The notes under the pieces were generated by a model. The model made no database searches. It saw only the letters and a list, made by a program, of their open reading frames with translations, and was not told the DNA's origin. From Marispirochaeta sp. (lineage in GTDB: Bacteria > Spirochaetota > Spirochaetia > JC444 > Marispirochaetaceae), in contig CAXXFF010000002.1 of NCBI GenBank assembly GCA_963676835.2, forward strand, positions 1,184,001 to 1,248,000: a DNA stretch of 64,000 nucleotides, written 5' to 3'. This document shows, piece after piece, positions 36,967-46,770 of this stretch. Each line of letters starts with the position of its first letter. Position 1 is the stretch's first letter. The position numbers were made by a program, and so were the translations under genes.

Positions 36967-37713
36967 TTATGCCTGGTCACCAACGGGGATGTCTTTTTCC
37001 ACAACCTCGGATATGGTGCTTTTCCGCTTTTTTCTGAAGCGCCGGTGATACTCTTCTTCCACTTCATCCGCCCTGTTGGCGGTTCTGCGTACCCAGTCCA
37101 GACGGAGTTCGGTGAGTTCGCTTTCGGTCAGCTGCCATGGGAGATCGGATTCCCGCAGCCGTTGGGTCAGTTCGTAGAGAATTACCGCCACTGAAACGGA
37201 TATGTTGAAGCTTTCTGCGAATCCCGCCATGGGGATGGTCAGAAACTCATCGGCAGCCTCTTTTACCAGGGGGCTGACTCCGTCCCGTTCGTTTCCGAAA
37301 ATAAATGCGGCTTTGCCTTTGGCAAGATCAAATTCCGGCAGGCTCACCGCCTTCGGTCCCGGAGGCACTGTGGCAATAATGCGGTAGCCGCTGTTTTTCA
37401 GCTCCTGCAGCGCTTCGGCAGTGTTGTTTTCCTTTTCCTTGTGGCGGTGAATAGTCAGCCAGCGGGTTGTTCCCAGGGCAACATGCCTGTTTATGGTGGG
37501 GAGTTTATTGTTGTTTTCCAGAAAATGAACATCCTGAATGCCGAAACACTCACAGCTTCGAAGCAGGGCACTGGCATTCTGGCTGTAATAGAGGTTCTCT
37601 GCTGCCAGGGTAATATATTTCGTCCGCTGTGCGGATACTTCCAGGATTTTTTCCAGCCTGTCGTCGGTAACATGGCGGGACATTAATTCAAAAAGTTGTG
37701 AATCGTCTAACAT
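36967..37713 (-). CDS. TrmH/SpoU family RNA methyltransferase (tRNA Gm18-type)
   Basis: NASALLRSCECFG, FGNERDG, IPMAGFAESFNISV. Confidence 0.9.
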   Translation of the reverse strand: MLDDSQLFELMSRHVTDDRLEKILEVSAQRTKYITLAAENLYYSQNASALLRSCECFGIQDVHFLENNNKLPTINRHVALGTTRWLTIHRHKEKENNTAEALQELKNSGYRIIATVPPGPKAVSLPEFDLAKGKAAFIFGNERDGVSPLVKEAADEFLTIPMAGFAESFNISVSVAVILYELTQRLRESDLPWQLTESELTELRLDWVRRTANRADEVEEEYHRRFRKKRKSTISEVVEKDIPVGDQA

Positions 37714-37758
37714 GAGGAGACTACTTTTACATAAATGCAGGGAAAAGTTAAGCAATTA

Positions 37759-37795
37759 CCCCGAAGCAGGAGAAATAATTACACCCGCTTCGGGG
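37759..37795 (-). terminator. Hairpin downstream of RRM gene
   Basis: CCCCGAAGC...GCTTCGGGG inverted repeat. Confidence 0.45.
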
Positions 37796-37845
37796 AATCA
37801 CTTTATGGCTCAGTGAAAACAATTGAGTTTTCAGTTGGGCCCTGA

Positions 37846-38112
37846 TTAGAAACGGGGAGCCCGTTCTTTTTCGATTGCTTCGCGTACTTTAAGCTGGCGT
37901 CCGTCCAGATCAGCACCATCCAGTGCTGTCAGTACTGCAGATGCTTCCTCGGCTGAACCCATTTCGACAAAGGCAAAGCCCTTGGAGCGGCGGGTTTCCC
38001 GGTCGGTGATGATACGAACCGAGGTAACGGTACCGTACTGGCTGAATAATTCACGAATGCTGTCTTCGTCGGAACGGTAATTGATATTTCCGACGTAAAG
38101 TTTACTGGACAT
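37846..38112 (-). CDS. RRM RNA-binding protein
   Basis: RNP2 LYVGNI and RNP1 KGFAFVEM. Confidence 0.95.
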   Translation of the reverse strand: MSSKLYVGNINYRSDEDSIRELFSQYGTVTSVRIITDRETRRSKGFAFVEMGSAEEASAVLTALDGADLDGRQLKVREAIEKERAPRF

Positions 38113-38254
38113 CTATAGGCCCTCATGGAATGATGAAAATAGGCATCTACCCAAAGGATAGTCGTCATGAGACGTACGCCGAAAAAAAGATTAGAGTATT
38201 GGGTATAAACTGTCAATTTCTTTTTTTAAAATCAGGACATATCCGGGCGGGTTT

Positions 38255-39022
38255 ATGGTGAATATTGAGTATCTTGCAGGGCTGAAAGACAGAAATCTTA
38301 TGAATGAGGGAATCTGTGTCGGAGAGGGCCGATTTGTAGTGGAACGGATGCTTGCACAGGGGCTGGAACCGCTGGCAGTGCTGTCCGTTCCGGGGATGGC
38401 CGACGGACTTGAAGATACCGCAGGAAGCTCTCTCCCCTTAAAAATTGTATCACAGCCGGAGATCGGCGGTATTGCGGGTTTTCCCTTTCACCGGGGGCTC
38501 ATTGCAGCCTTTCGCCGTCCCGAATTCCTTCCGGTGGCAAGCTTTACATTTCCCGCAACGGGCCTGATCCTTGTTCTGGATGCTATTACGGACCCGGTGA
38601 ACCTTGGGGGTATTCTGAGAAGTGCAGCGGCCTTCGGTGCTGCGGCAGCAGTTTTGGGACCCCGCTGCGGTGATCCTTTTTCCCGGCGGGCCATACGGGC
38701 CTCCATGGCGGCCTGCTTTACCGTGCCTCTTATTGACGGGGCAGAGCCGGCAGCGGTTGCTGCTGCTCTCGGGTCGGCCGGGTCGCTTATAACCGGTGCT
38801 GATCTTTGCGAAGGAGCTGTTCCCCTGCCTGAAATGCAGGCAGCTCCCCTGCAGACCCTTATTCTGGGTAATGAGGGGCATGGTATACGGCCTGAGTGGC
38901 GGAGATGCTGTTCCGGATATGTCTCTATTCCCATTCTCGATACGGTGGACTCTCTCAATGTGGGCGTAGCGGCAGGGATTCTCCTCTGTCATCTTGCTGA
39001 TTTACACGGCCCTGTGGTATAA
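38255..39022 (+). CDS. TrmH/SpoU family RNA methyltransferase
   Basis: DPVNLGGILRSAAAFG, GNEGHG, DSLNVGVA. Confidence 0.9.
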   Translation: MVNIEYLAGLKDRNLMNEGICVGEGRFVVERMLAQGLEPLAVLSVPGMADGLEDTAGSSLPLKIVSQPEIGGIAGFPFHRGLIAAFRRPEFLPVASFTFPATGLILVLDAITDPVNLGGILRSAAAFGAAAAVLGPRCGDPFSRRAIRASMAACFTVPLIDGAEPAAVAAALGSAGSLITGADLCEGAVPLPEMQAAPLQTLILGNEGHGIRPEWRRCCSGYVSIPILDTVDSLNVGVAAGILLCHLADLHGPVV

Positions 39023-39033
39023 AATTTCACAGA

Positions 39034-39720
39034 ATGTCGTTTTTACCCTTTGTTATGGCGGTTTTACCCTCTCTTTTTCTGCTGGCCTACTTTGTTCATC
39101 TGGATAAAGCCCGGCCTGAGCCGCGGGGAGAGATCTTAAGGGCATTCTTTCTCGGGGTTTTCTCAACCCTGCCTGCGATTATTCTTGAGTTTACTGCGGA
39201 GATCTTTCTCCGTCCCTGGATAATCAGCCCCCTGGTTTATGCCATGGCGGAAGCCTTTCTTGTGGCAGCCCTCTGTGAGGAGGGTACCAAGCTTTTCATT
39301 GTCCGCTCTTTTATCTATAAGCGTGCCGATTTTGATGAAGTCATGGATGGTATTGTCTATACCGTAGCTGCGGGATTGGGATTCGCCTGTATGGAAAACC
39401 TGCTGTATGTAGCCTCCGGCGGTATGACGGTAGCCCTGGTCCGGGCCTTTACGGCAGTTCCGCTGCATACCATCTGCTCCGTTCTGCTGGGATACTCCAT
39501 CGGTATGGCCCGTTTTGTGCCAACCGCTTCAGAGGAGCAGAGCCTGATGTTCCGGGGCCTCGCTGCAGCAGTTCTTATGCATGGTGTGTACGATTTCTTC
39601 CTTTTTGCCGCACCGGTCCTTGGCGGGCTCTCAGCATTCATGGTGTTTCCACTTCTTTTTGCCGGAATCTTTATGGTGCGCAGACGGGTACGCAGAGCTC
39701 TGGCCTTCGACGTCAGATGA
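39034..39720 (+). CDS. PrsW family intramembrane protease
   Basis: EEGTK, GFACMEN, PLH, HGVYDF. Confidence 0.9.
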   Translation: MSFLPFVMAVLPSLFLLAYFVHLDKARPEPRGEILRAFFLGVFSTLPAIILEFTAEIFLRPWIISPLVYAMAEAFLVAALCEEGTKLFIVRSFIYKRADFDEVMDGIVYTVAAGLGFACMENLLYVASGGMTVALVRAFTAVPLHTICSVLLGYSIGMARFVPTASEEQSLMFRGLAAAVLMHGVYDFFLFAAPVLGGLSAFMVFPLLFAGIFMVRRRVRRALAFDVR

Positions 39721-39827
39721 TTTTTTTCTAAAAATGTAAGGGCTTTCCTTGACGGGGTAATGGTTTCTGCGGTTATTATTATCCATAAGAGTACAGACTG
39801 TATTCTTTCTGAAAAAAGGAGAAAACA

Positions 39828-40280
39828 ATGATTCAGGATCGTATTGCCAACGGAAAGCTCTATTCATGCATCGGAAAAAATTTCGCTGAGGCTTTTGCCT
39901 GGCTTGAGACGGTAAAACCGGAAGATCTGACAGTGGGCCGGGTTGATATCAAGGGGGATGAAATCTTCGCTCTTGTTCAGCAGTATACCACCAAAGAGCT
40001 TTCCCAGGGCTTCCTTGAAACTCATAACAACTATGCTGATATTCAGGTTGTTCTTAAGGGCAAAGAAAGAATGGGCTACTGCTATAAAGAGGGTATGACC
40101 GTTACCCAGCCCTATTCTGCGGAAAAAGATGTGGAGAAGTATGAAATGAAAGAGTGTACCCATCTTCTGGTACCTGCTGGAAACTTTGCTGTTTTCTTCC
40201 CCGAAGATGTACACGGACCTCAGCTTGCCTATGACAAGCCCGAAGAAGTGCTGAAGATTGTTCTGAAGGTCAAGCTGTAA
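39828..40280 (+). CDS. YhcH/YjgK/YiaL family protein
   Basis: ETHNNYADIQ..G.E and FFPEDVH.P. Confidence 0.92.
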   Translation: MIQDRIANGKLYSCIGKNFAEAFAWLETVKPEDLTVGRVDIKGDEIFALVQQYTTKELSQGFLETHNNYADIQVVLKGKERMGYCYKEGMTVTQPYSAEKDVEKYEMKECTHLLVPAGNFAVFFPEDVHGPQLAYDKPEEVLKIVLKVKL

Positions 40281-40373
40281 AGCAAACCGGGGACATTTCG
40301 GGATTTCCTTCAGTTCCTGTGATATCTTGCACTATCGAAAAATGCTGTTATAGTTAAGAAAAGGGAGTGCAGG

Positions 40374-40901
40374 ATGACACAAAGTACGGAAATTGCCGAA
40401 TATCTGGAAGAACTGCAGCAGCTGCTTTTTTTCCGCCCTCTCAGTGCAGACGAGATACAAGACTTTGTAGGCAAGGGTGAAATCCTTGCCTGCGAATTTG
40501 ATGACCGCATAGTCAAGGAGGGAGAGTTTGATCCCTCCTTTTATGTTGTTATCCGCGGTTCTGTTAATGTGATGGTGAAACAGAAAAGCGAAGAGGTTTT
40601 TATCTGTGCCATCGGTGCCGGTGATGTGTTCGGCGAAGCTTCAATATTTTCCAAAGTAAAAAGAACCGCAGCGGTAATTGCTGCGGAGGAAACGGTCCTT
40701 CTGCGGATTCAGCGCCCCAGTATGATGAGCTTTATCAAGGAAAATCCCCGCGGCGGGAACAAGGTTCTCATGCTTATTATTTTCAGCCTGCTCCGCAAGC
40801 TCCGTGGTACGAATCAGGAGCTTGCCTTTGAGCGCAGGCTGGATATCAACCAGGACGATGTTGATGCCCTGGTTGATCAGTTAACAGGAAACGGCGGCTG
40901 A
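40374..40901 (+). CDS. Stand-alone cyclic nucleotide-binding domain protein
   Basis: GDVFGEASIFSKVKRTA; no HTH. Confidence 0.85.
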   Translation: MTQSTEIAEYLEELQQLLFFRPLSADEIQDFVGKGEILACEFDDRIVKEGEFDPSFYVVIRGSVNVMVKQKSEEVFICAIGAGDVFGEASIFSKVKRTAAVIAAEETVLLRIQRPSMMSFIKENPRGGNKVLMLIIFSLLRKLRGTNQELAFERRLDINQDDVDALVDQLTGNGG

Positions 40902-40904
40902 TTC

Positions 40905-42776
40905 TCAGCCTGCAGCCGCTGCCTCATTCACTATTCTTATAACTTCTTCTCCGCTTATCTGTTCTTCAGCCATGAGCCGTTCTGCCACCTGGTCCAGGGC
41001 TCCCTGGAATTTTTTCAGCAGATTGTTGGTTGCATCATAGGCTGACATAAGCAGATTGCGGATCTCTTTGTCCACTTCCCGCATGGTTGCTTCGCTGAAC
41101 TCCCTGCCCTGGGAAATCTGTTCTCCCAGAAAGACATTGGTGTGGTCCTGATTGGCAGTAAGCAGCTGCAGAGTCTCTCCCATACCCCATTCGGTAACCA
41201 TCCGGCGTGCCAGCTTTGATGCCTCTTTCAGATCGTTGGCGGCTCCCGATGTCTCTTTGCCGAAAATCAGCATTTCAGCTGAACGTCCGCCCAGAAGTAC
41301 CTTGATACGGTCCGACAGGTAGCCCTTGTCGTAGATGTACTTCTCATCCTTGGGCATCTGTACTGTTACCCCCATGGCGTAGTCCCTGGGGATTACTGTC
41401 ACCTTCAGTACCGGATCGGTATTGGGCAGTGCCGCTGCAGTTACCGCATGACCTGCTTCATGGTAGGCAATTACCTTCTTTTCTTCATCGGTAACGCTCA
41501 GATTCCGGCGTTCGAGACCCATCATAACCTTGTCCCGGGCTTCTTCGATCAGGGCCATGCTTACGGTCTTTTCCCTGCGCCGTGCGGCAAGAATTGCAGC
41601 TTCGTTCAGCAGGTTTTCAAGCTCGGCTCCGGAAAATCCGGGGGTTCCCTGGGCAATCTTGTCCAGATCGATATCCCCCTCAAGGGGTTTGCTTTTTGCG
41701 TGTATTTTCAGAATCTGGGTTCTGTCTTTGGTGGACGGCAGACCGATTGTAATACGCCGGTCGAACCGTCCCGGCCGGAGCAGGGCAGGATCAAGAATGT
41801 CCGGACGGTTGGTTGCGGCAAGAACAATGGTTGAATCGTTCTTTTCAAAGCCGTCCAGCTCGGAGAGCATCTGGTTCAGGGTCTGTTCCCGTTCATCGTG
41901 TCCGCCGCCAAGGCCTGCGCCTCTGTGTCGTCCCACGGAGTCAAGCTCGTCGATGAAGATAATGGAAGGTGAATTCTTCTTGGCATCTGCAAAGAGGCTG
42001 CGTACCCGTGATGCACCTACTCCCACAAACATCTCCATAAAGTCGGAACCGGAAATGTGATAGAAGGGTACATCCGCCTCGCCTGCAATGGCCCGGGCTA
42101 TAAGGGTTTTTCCTGTACCGGGAGGGCCGACAAGAAGAATTCCCCGGGGGATCTTGGCTCCCATGGCAGCATAACGCTCCGGTGATTTCAGGTAGTCTAC
42201 AACCTCCTGAATCTCCTCCTTGGCGCTTTCCAGCCCGGCGACATCGTCAAAACGGACAGACTGTTTTGATTTCTCATACAGCTTCGCCTTGTTTTGGCCT
42301 ACATTGAAGATGTTTCTTCCCTGACTGTTCATTCCTCTGAACATGCGCATGCCGATCCATACCAGCAGAACAATAGGAAGCAGGTTAATCAGGATTGAAA
42401 GAAATGAGAATTCCTGAGGGGGTTCGGTATTTACGTTTACATTGTTGCTTTCCAGCAGGGACATAAGCTCTTCATCGCCAAAGGAAGGGTAGTAGGTGGT
42501 GAAAGCACCGATATTGCCCATACCCTCAATGGTCTGCCCTTTTATGGTTACCTGGGTAACGGCGCCCTCCTGAACCATGGTGCGGAATCGGCTGTAGCTG
42601 ATCTGATTGTCAGCCCCGCCGCGCCCGAAGATGCTTATAACGCTGGGGATCAGCAGGAGAAGGAGTATTCCTGCAATAAAAGGATTAAATCTGAATTTAC
42701 CGTTGCCAAAAGGGAAGGGAAAATTGCCGTTATTCTCCTTATCCTTCCCGTTGCGGTCATTTTCTGGTGTTTGCAT
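40905..42776 (-). CDS. ftsH: ATP-dependent zinc metalloprotease FtsH
   Basis: Two TMs, [33 protein letters not shown] 42776 preferred. Confidence 0.96.
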   Translation of the reverse strand: MQTPENDRNGKDKENNGNFPFPFGNGKFRFNPFIAGILLLLLIPSVISIFGRGGADNQISYSRFRTMVQEGAVTQVTIKGQTIEGMGNIGAFTTYYPSFGDEELMSLLESNNVNVNTEPPQEFSFLSILINLLPIVLLVWIGMRMFRGMNSQGRNIFNVGQNKAKLYEKSKQSVRFDDVAGLESAKEEIQEVVDYLKSPERYAAMGAKIPRGILLVGPPGTGKTLIARAIAGEADVPFYHISGSDFMEMFVGVGASRVRSLFADAKKNSPSIIFIDELDSVGRHRGAGLGGGHDEREQTLNQMLSELDGFEKNDSTIVLAATNRPDILDPALLRPGRFDRRITIGLPSTKDRTQILKIHAKSKPLEGDIDLDKIAQGTPGFSGAELENLLNEAAILAARRREKTVSMALIEEARDKVMMGLERRNLSVTDEEKKVIAYHEAGHAVTAAALPNTDPVLKVTVIPRDYAMGVTVQMPKDEKYIYDKGYLSDRIKVLLGGRSAEMLIFGKETSGAANDLKEASKLARRMVTEWGMGETLQLLTANQDHTNVFLGEQISQGREFSEATMREVDKEIRNLLMSAYDATNNLLKKFQGALDQVAERLMAEEQISGEEVIRIVNEAAAAG

Positions 42777-42910
42777 ATTGGGTACAAAGGTAGCCTTAGA
42801 ATACGCCGTAGTCAACCATAGAATCCCCCTGCCCAACCTTGAGATTAGCTGGGAAAAAGGGGTAGTATGGATAAATCTTCCCTGTTTCTGGTTTAAGAGG
42901 TTGTAACATA

Positions 42911-43681
42911 ATGGGAATACTCGAATTTGACAGTGTAAGTCTGGAGCTTGACGGCAACCGGATTCTGAATAATCTAACCCTCGATTTCTGGGAGGGCCAT
43001 GTTCATGCTGTTGTAGGCCCCAACGGCGCAGGCAAATCGACCCTTGCCATGACGGTTATGGGGCTCTCCGGCTATGAACACTTTACCGGTGATATCCGCT
43101 TTAACGGCCGGTCCTTAAAGGGGATGACCGTGGATGAGCGGGCCCGCCAGGGGATTACCCTTGCATGGCAGGAGCCTGCGCGCTTTGAGGGAATAAGTGT
43201 GGGCGCATATATCGGTGCGGGAAAGCCCGGGGCGACTTCGGCCGAAATAGATGAAGCCCTGAATCTGGTCGGCTTATCGCCTCTCCGATACCGTCCCCGA
43301 AAAGTTGATAAGACCCTTTCCGGCGGAGAGCGTAAGCGTATTGAACTTGCCTCCATTGCACTTATGAAGCCGAAAATTGTGCTTATGGACGAGCCTGACT
43401 CCGGTGTCGATATTGAAGCGGTCAATTTCATATTCAAGGTAATTGAACAGCTTAAAGCCGGGGGAACCACAATCATTCTTATTACCCACAGTCCGGAAGT
43501 GCTGAAGCATGCGGACCACGGCTTTCTGCTGTGTCATGGACAGATGATGGATAAGGGTAATACCCAAGAGATGCTGGCCTATTTCAGCGGCAAGTGTATT
43601 CCCTGTAACCATAAAAATGCACCCGAACTGACAGAGCTTTTTCCCGCTGATATTTCTGCTGACACTAAAGGATCTTTATAA
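42911..43681 (+). CDS. SufC-like ABC ATPase (SmsC type)
   Basis: GPNGAGKST, LSGGERKR, DEPDSG, C-terminal CIPC. Confidence 0.85.
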   Translation: MGILEFDSVSLELDGNRILNNLTLDFWEGHVHAVVGPNGAGKSTLAMTVMGLSGYEHFTGDIRFNGRSLKGMTVDERARQGITLAWQEPARFEGISVGAYIGAGKPGATSAEIDEALNLVGLSPLRYRPRKVDKTLSGGERKRIELASIALMKPKIVLMDEPDSGVDIEAVNFIFKVIEQLKAGGTTIILITHSPEVLKHADHGFLLCHGQMMDKGNTQEMLAYFSGKCIPCNHKNAPELTELFPADISADTKGSL

Positions 43682-44610
43682 TGAGTACCAATCCCGCTGT
43701 AGATAAACTGTTAGCATCTATAAATTCCCATAAAAAGGTTCTGGAAGGAGCTGCCCATCTGGAACTGGACGGTAATAAAATCGTTGGATCCGGAACGGTA
43801 AACGGTTTTCATATGGAAAGCGATACCGACGGCGATGGACTGATTCTGCGGATCCGGGTTGAACGGGGAATCAGGCTTGCCAAACCGGTGCATCTCTGCT
43901 TCGGCATGCTTCCGGAAGAGGGAGTTCAGAAGATTGACATGCAGGTGGATGTGGAGGATGAAGCGGCAGTCTCTTTTACCGCCCACTGTACCTTTCCCAA
44001 TGCGGTGGATGTGCAGCATCTGATGAATGCCCGGCTGAATGTTGGGGTTAACGCGAAATACTCATATTTCGAGCGCCATGTGCATGCCGAGTCGGGTGGG
44101 ATCCACACCGTGCCAAAAGCGCTGATCACCCTTGCGGAAGGGGCTCAGTTTAAAACCGAATTTGAGCTGTTAAAAGGCCGGGTGGGGATTATGGATATAG
44201 ACTACTCAGCCATAGCCCAGGCAAAGAGCATGCTGGATATGACCACCCGGGTCTACGGCCGCGGGGACGATAAAATCAAGATCCGGGAGGCCGCCACCCT
44301 GGAAGGAGAAGGCGCCACCGGGGTGCTGGTAAGCCATCTGGCGGTTCGGGGAGATTCCGAGGCAGAGATCTACAGCGATCTTACCGCTAATGCTGCTCAC
44401 TGCCGCGGCCATGTTGACTGCAAGGAGATCGTTCAGGACCGGGGTAAAGCCCGGGCTATCCCTATTGTTGCGGTGAATCATCCCCTGGCGCATATAACCC
44501 ATGAAGCGGCCATCGGTTCGGTGGACTCAAAACAGCTTCAGACCCTGATGGCCCGGGGACTTGATGAAGAGGCGGCGACTGATCTGATTATTCAGGGGCT
44601 GTTGAGCTGA
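43681..44610 (+). CDS. SufB/SufD-like scaffold (SmsB type)
   Basis: PVHLCFG, HVDCKEIV, THEAAIGSVD..QL.TLMARG. Confidence 0.85.
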   Translation: MSTNPAVDKLLASINSHKKVLEGAAHLELDGNKIVGSGTVNGFHMESDTDGDGLILRIRVERGIRLAKPVHLCFGMLPEEGVQKIDMQVDVEDEAAVSFTAHCTFPNAVDVQHLMNARLNVGVNAKYSYFERHVHAESGGIHTVPKALITLAEGAQFKTEFELLKGRVGIMDIDYSAIAQAKSMLDMTTRVYGRGDDKIKIREAATLEGEGATGVLVSHLAVRGDSEAEIYSDLTANAAHCRGHVDCKEIVQDRGKARAIPIVAVNHPLAHITHEAAIGSVDSKQLQTLMARGLDEEAATDLIIQGLLS

Positions 44611-44761
44611 TTTTGCAGGCATTGATCCCGAAAAAAGATTTGCTGTTCTATAGCGGTTATTTTTTATCCTATGTGTCTATGTGAGTCCAGTCGTATGGGC
44701 TATATTGCCAGTGGTCGTCCATAATTGCTTATAGGGCTTGAATATGGTATCATTAGCCGTG

Positions 44762-44941
44762 ATGACCAAGTCTGTGACTGTTAAAAAACTCCACGAAAAA
44801 TCAAAGCACAGGGATCGTGATTTCTGGTTGTCAAAAGATCCAGTAGAGCGGTTAAATGCCGTCGAATTCCTCAGGAAGCAGTTTTATGCTGAATATCCCG
44901 AAAGACTTCAGAGAGTTTATACAATTACTAAACTCAAATAA
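44762..44941 (+). CDS. Small partner of nucleotidyltransferase (putative antitoxin)
   Basis: DRDFW.SKDPVERL.AVE.LR pattern; overlaps next gene. Confidence 0.6.
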   Translation: MTKSVTVKKLHEKSKHRDRDFWLSKDPVERLNAVEFLRKQFYAEYPERLQRVYTITKLK

Positions 44942-45329
44942 TGTCCGATATCTTGTTGTCGGCGGATATGCTGTCGCTTATTACGGCTATCCGCGATATA
45001 CCGGCGACATAGATTTCTTTCTTGAATGTACTGAAGATAACGCCTCAGCTGTAATCCGGTGTCTTGAAGAATTCGGTTTGCAATCACTTGGAATAAGCAG
45101 AAAAGATCTTTTATCGCCCAATCAGGTAATACAGATAGGATATCCGCCGTTAAGGATCGATCTGCTAACAGCCGTCGATGGGGTATTATTTGAAAATGCA
45201 TGGGATAATCGCGTAATTGTAGATCTCGAGGATCTTAAAGTAAATTTTATTGGCAAAGATGATTTGAATACGAATAAAAGAAGTACCGGAAGGCTTAAAG
45301 ATCAGGCGGATGCGGAAGAGTTGATGTAG
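44886..45329 (+). CDS. Minimal nucleotidyltransferase (DUF6036-like)
   Basis: VGGYAV..YG.PRYTGDIDF and NK..GRLKD..D. Confidence 0.85.
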   Translation: MLNIPKDFREFIQLLNSNNVRYLVVGGYAVAYYGYPRYTGDIDFFLECTEDNASAVIRCLEEFGLQSLGISRKDLLSPNQVIQIGYPPLRIDLLTAVDGVLFENAWDNRVIVDLEDLKVNFIGKDDLNTNKRSTGRLKDQADAEELM

Positions 45330-45401
45330 ACTGGCCTCGGATTCTGTTCCGGCTGTGATAGAAACATTGCCGGAGCTTTCACGGGAGTGTATATTTTTCC
45401 C

Positions 45402-46544
45402 ATGAAAGGTAAGCGGACGCGCATTACCATACTTCCGTTTGTCTTGGGGTTCTTGTTTTCCTCATGCGGCAGCGGTGCTGGTTCTCATGTGGATACAAGC
45501 TGGGCTGACACTAAAGCCGGAGCGGCAGTATCGCTGACTTTGACCGATGAGTGGGAAACGCCGGAATCTGTCTCCATTGCCACCTCAGGTTGGGAAGACG
45601 GCATAAATGTAAGCCGCGATGGTCTGAATCTTTACGCTACGTACATACCTGCGGATTTTCTCTCCTTTACGCTGTCCGGCGATTTTGTTGACCAGCTTCC
45701 CCTCTATCAGCGGGGGCCGACGTATGCCATGGACTTTGACGGCAGTAGTATCGGTGTGGACTATACTTGGCTTCACAGTGATATTATCTATGCCCACCGC
45801 TCATCCACGGCTGAAGACTTCGGCTCCTGGCAATTGTCCAGTATGGCCCGGGCCGTTTTCAGCGAAGGGGCTGTTACTCTTGTGCAGGATGGTTCCGGTG
45901 ATATCGATATTATGGCTTTTACCAGTAATGAGGATTCTGATACAGATGATTTGGTGGACGAATTGAATAATTTCAGGACTATTTCAGATACCTCTGCTGA
46001 CCCTGTTTCGTCCGGGGTTAATGATCCTTATTTAACACCAGTTGATACCAGTCTCACACCGCCATTAGTTAATTCCAGATATACCGAGGACAATCCCCAT
46101 CTGGAGCGGCTGGACGCAAGCACCCTTGTTCTTTTTTTTGACAGCCCCGATCGCCCCGGAGGAACGGGAGACATTGATATCTGGTATTCTACCAGCAGCG
46201 ACAATGGCGCAAACTGGACAACCCCGTTGCCGGTTACCTCAATCAATACCGTATCAAAAGAGCATCAGCCTCATCTGTTCCACGACGGCAGCAGCTGGTG
46301 GCTCTACTATTCCGCCTATCACAGCGACGGGAAGCTGGCTATATTCCGGGCACAGCAGCAGACGGCAAGCTGGGATGACTGGGGCTCTCCTGAACTGGTT
46401 ATCTCTGCCGGTAACACCGGCGGGGTGGGGGAACCAACATTAACAGATGATGGTGACCTCTTTTTTGTGGTGATTCTGGATAATTCTGAGGGATCATCCT
46501 ATGACCGCTATGATGGAGACCCCTGGATGGCAATCCACAAATAA
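45402..46544 (+). CDS. Lipoprotein with beta-propeller (PD40/BNR-like) repeats
   Basis: FLFSSC lipobox; SPDRPGGTGDIDIWYS and SSDNGANW Asp-box; TTGCCG-17-TATATT promoter upstream. Confidence 0.7.
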   Translation: MKGKRTRITILPFVLGFLFSSCGSGAGSHVDTSWADTKAGAAVSLTLTDEWETPESVSIATSGWEDGINVSRDGLNLYATYIPADFLSFTLSGDFVDQLPLYQRGPTYAMDFDGSSIGVDYTWLHSDIIYAHRSSTAEDFGSWQLSSMARAVFSEGAVTLVQDGSGDIDIMAFTSNEDSDTDDLVDELNNFRTISDTSADPVSSGVNDPYLTPVDTSLTPPLVNSRYTEDNPHLERLDASTLVLFFDSPDRPGGTGDIDIWYSTSSDNGANWTTPLPVTSINTVSKEHQPHLFHDGSSWWLYYSAYHSDGKLAIFRAQQQTASWDDWGSPELVISAGNTGGVGEPTLTDDGDLFFVVILDNSEGSSYDRYDGDPWMAIHK

Positions 46545-46770
46545 TATATTGGTATTTTTCCCGTATATCCTTTCTGGTCGCATACTTGTTCCCCGGGGGT
46601 ATGCGCAGAAATTTGCCGGATGAACAAGATTATTACGTAATTGTAAAGATTACATGCGCTGGTCAATTATCTTTTTTCCGGATAACGAATTAATAATACC
46701 TTCAATCTGTTCAATCCCGTTCGGGTGTGATAGCTTTATTGCTGTTACCCCAGGTACCCGGAGTCTGCAT

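Noticed and set aside
46654..46770. Longer ORF-track starts (46654; also 53698, 34050, 42836, 15775, 3870)
   Set aside because: Downstream starts give proper signal peptides, SD sites or family-typical N-termini
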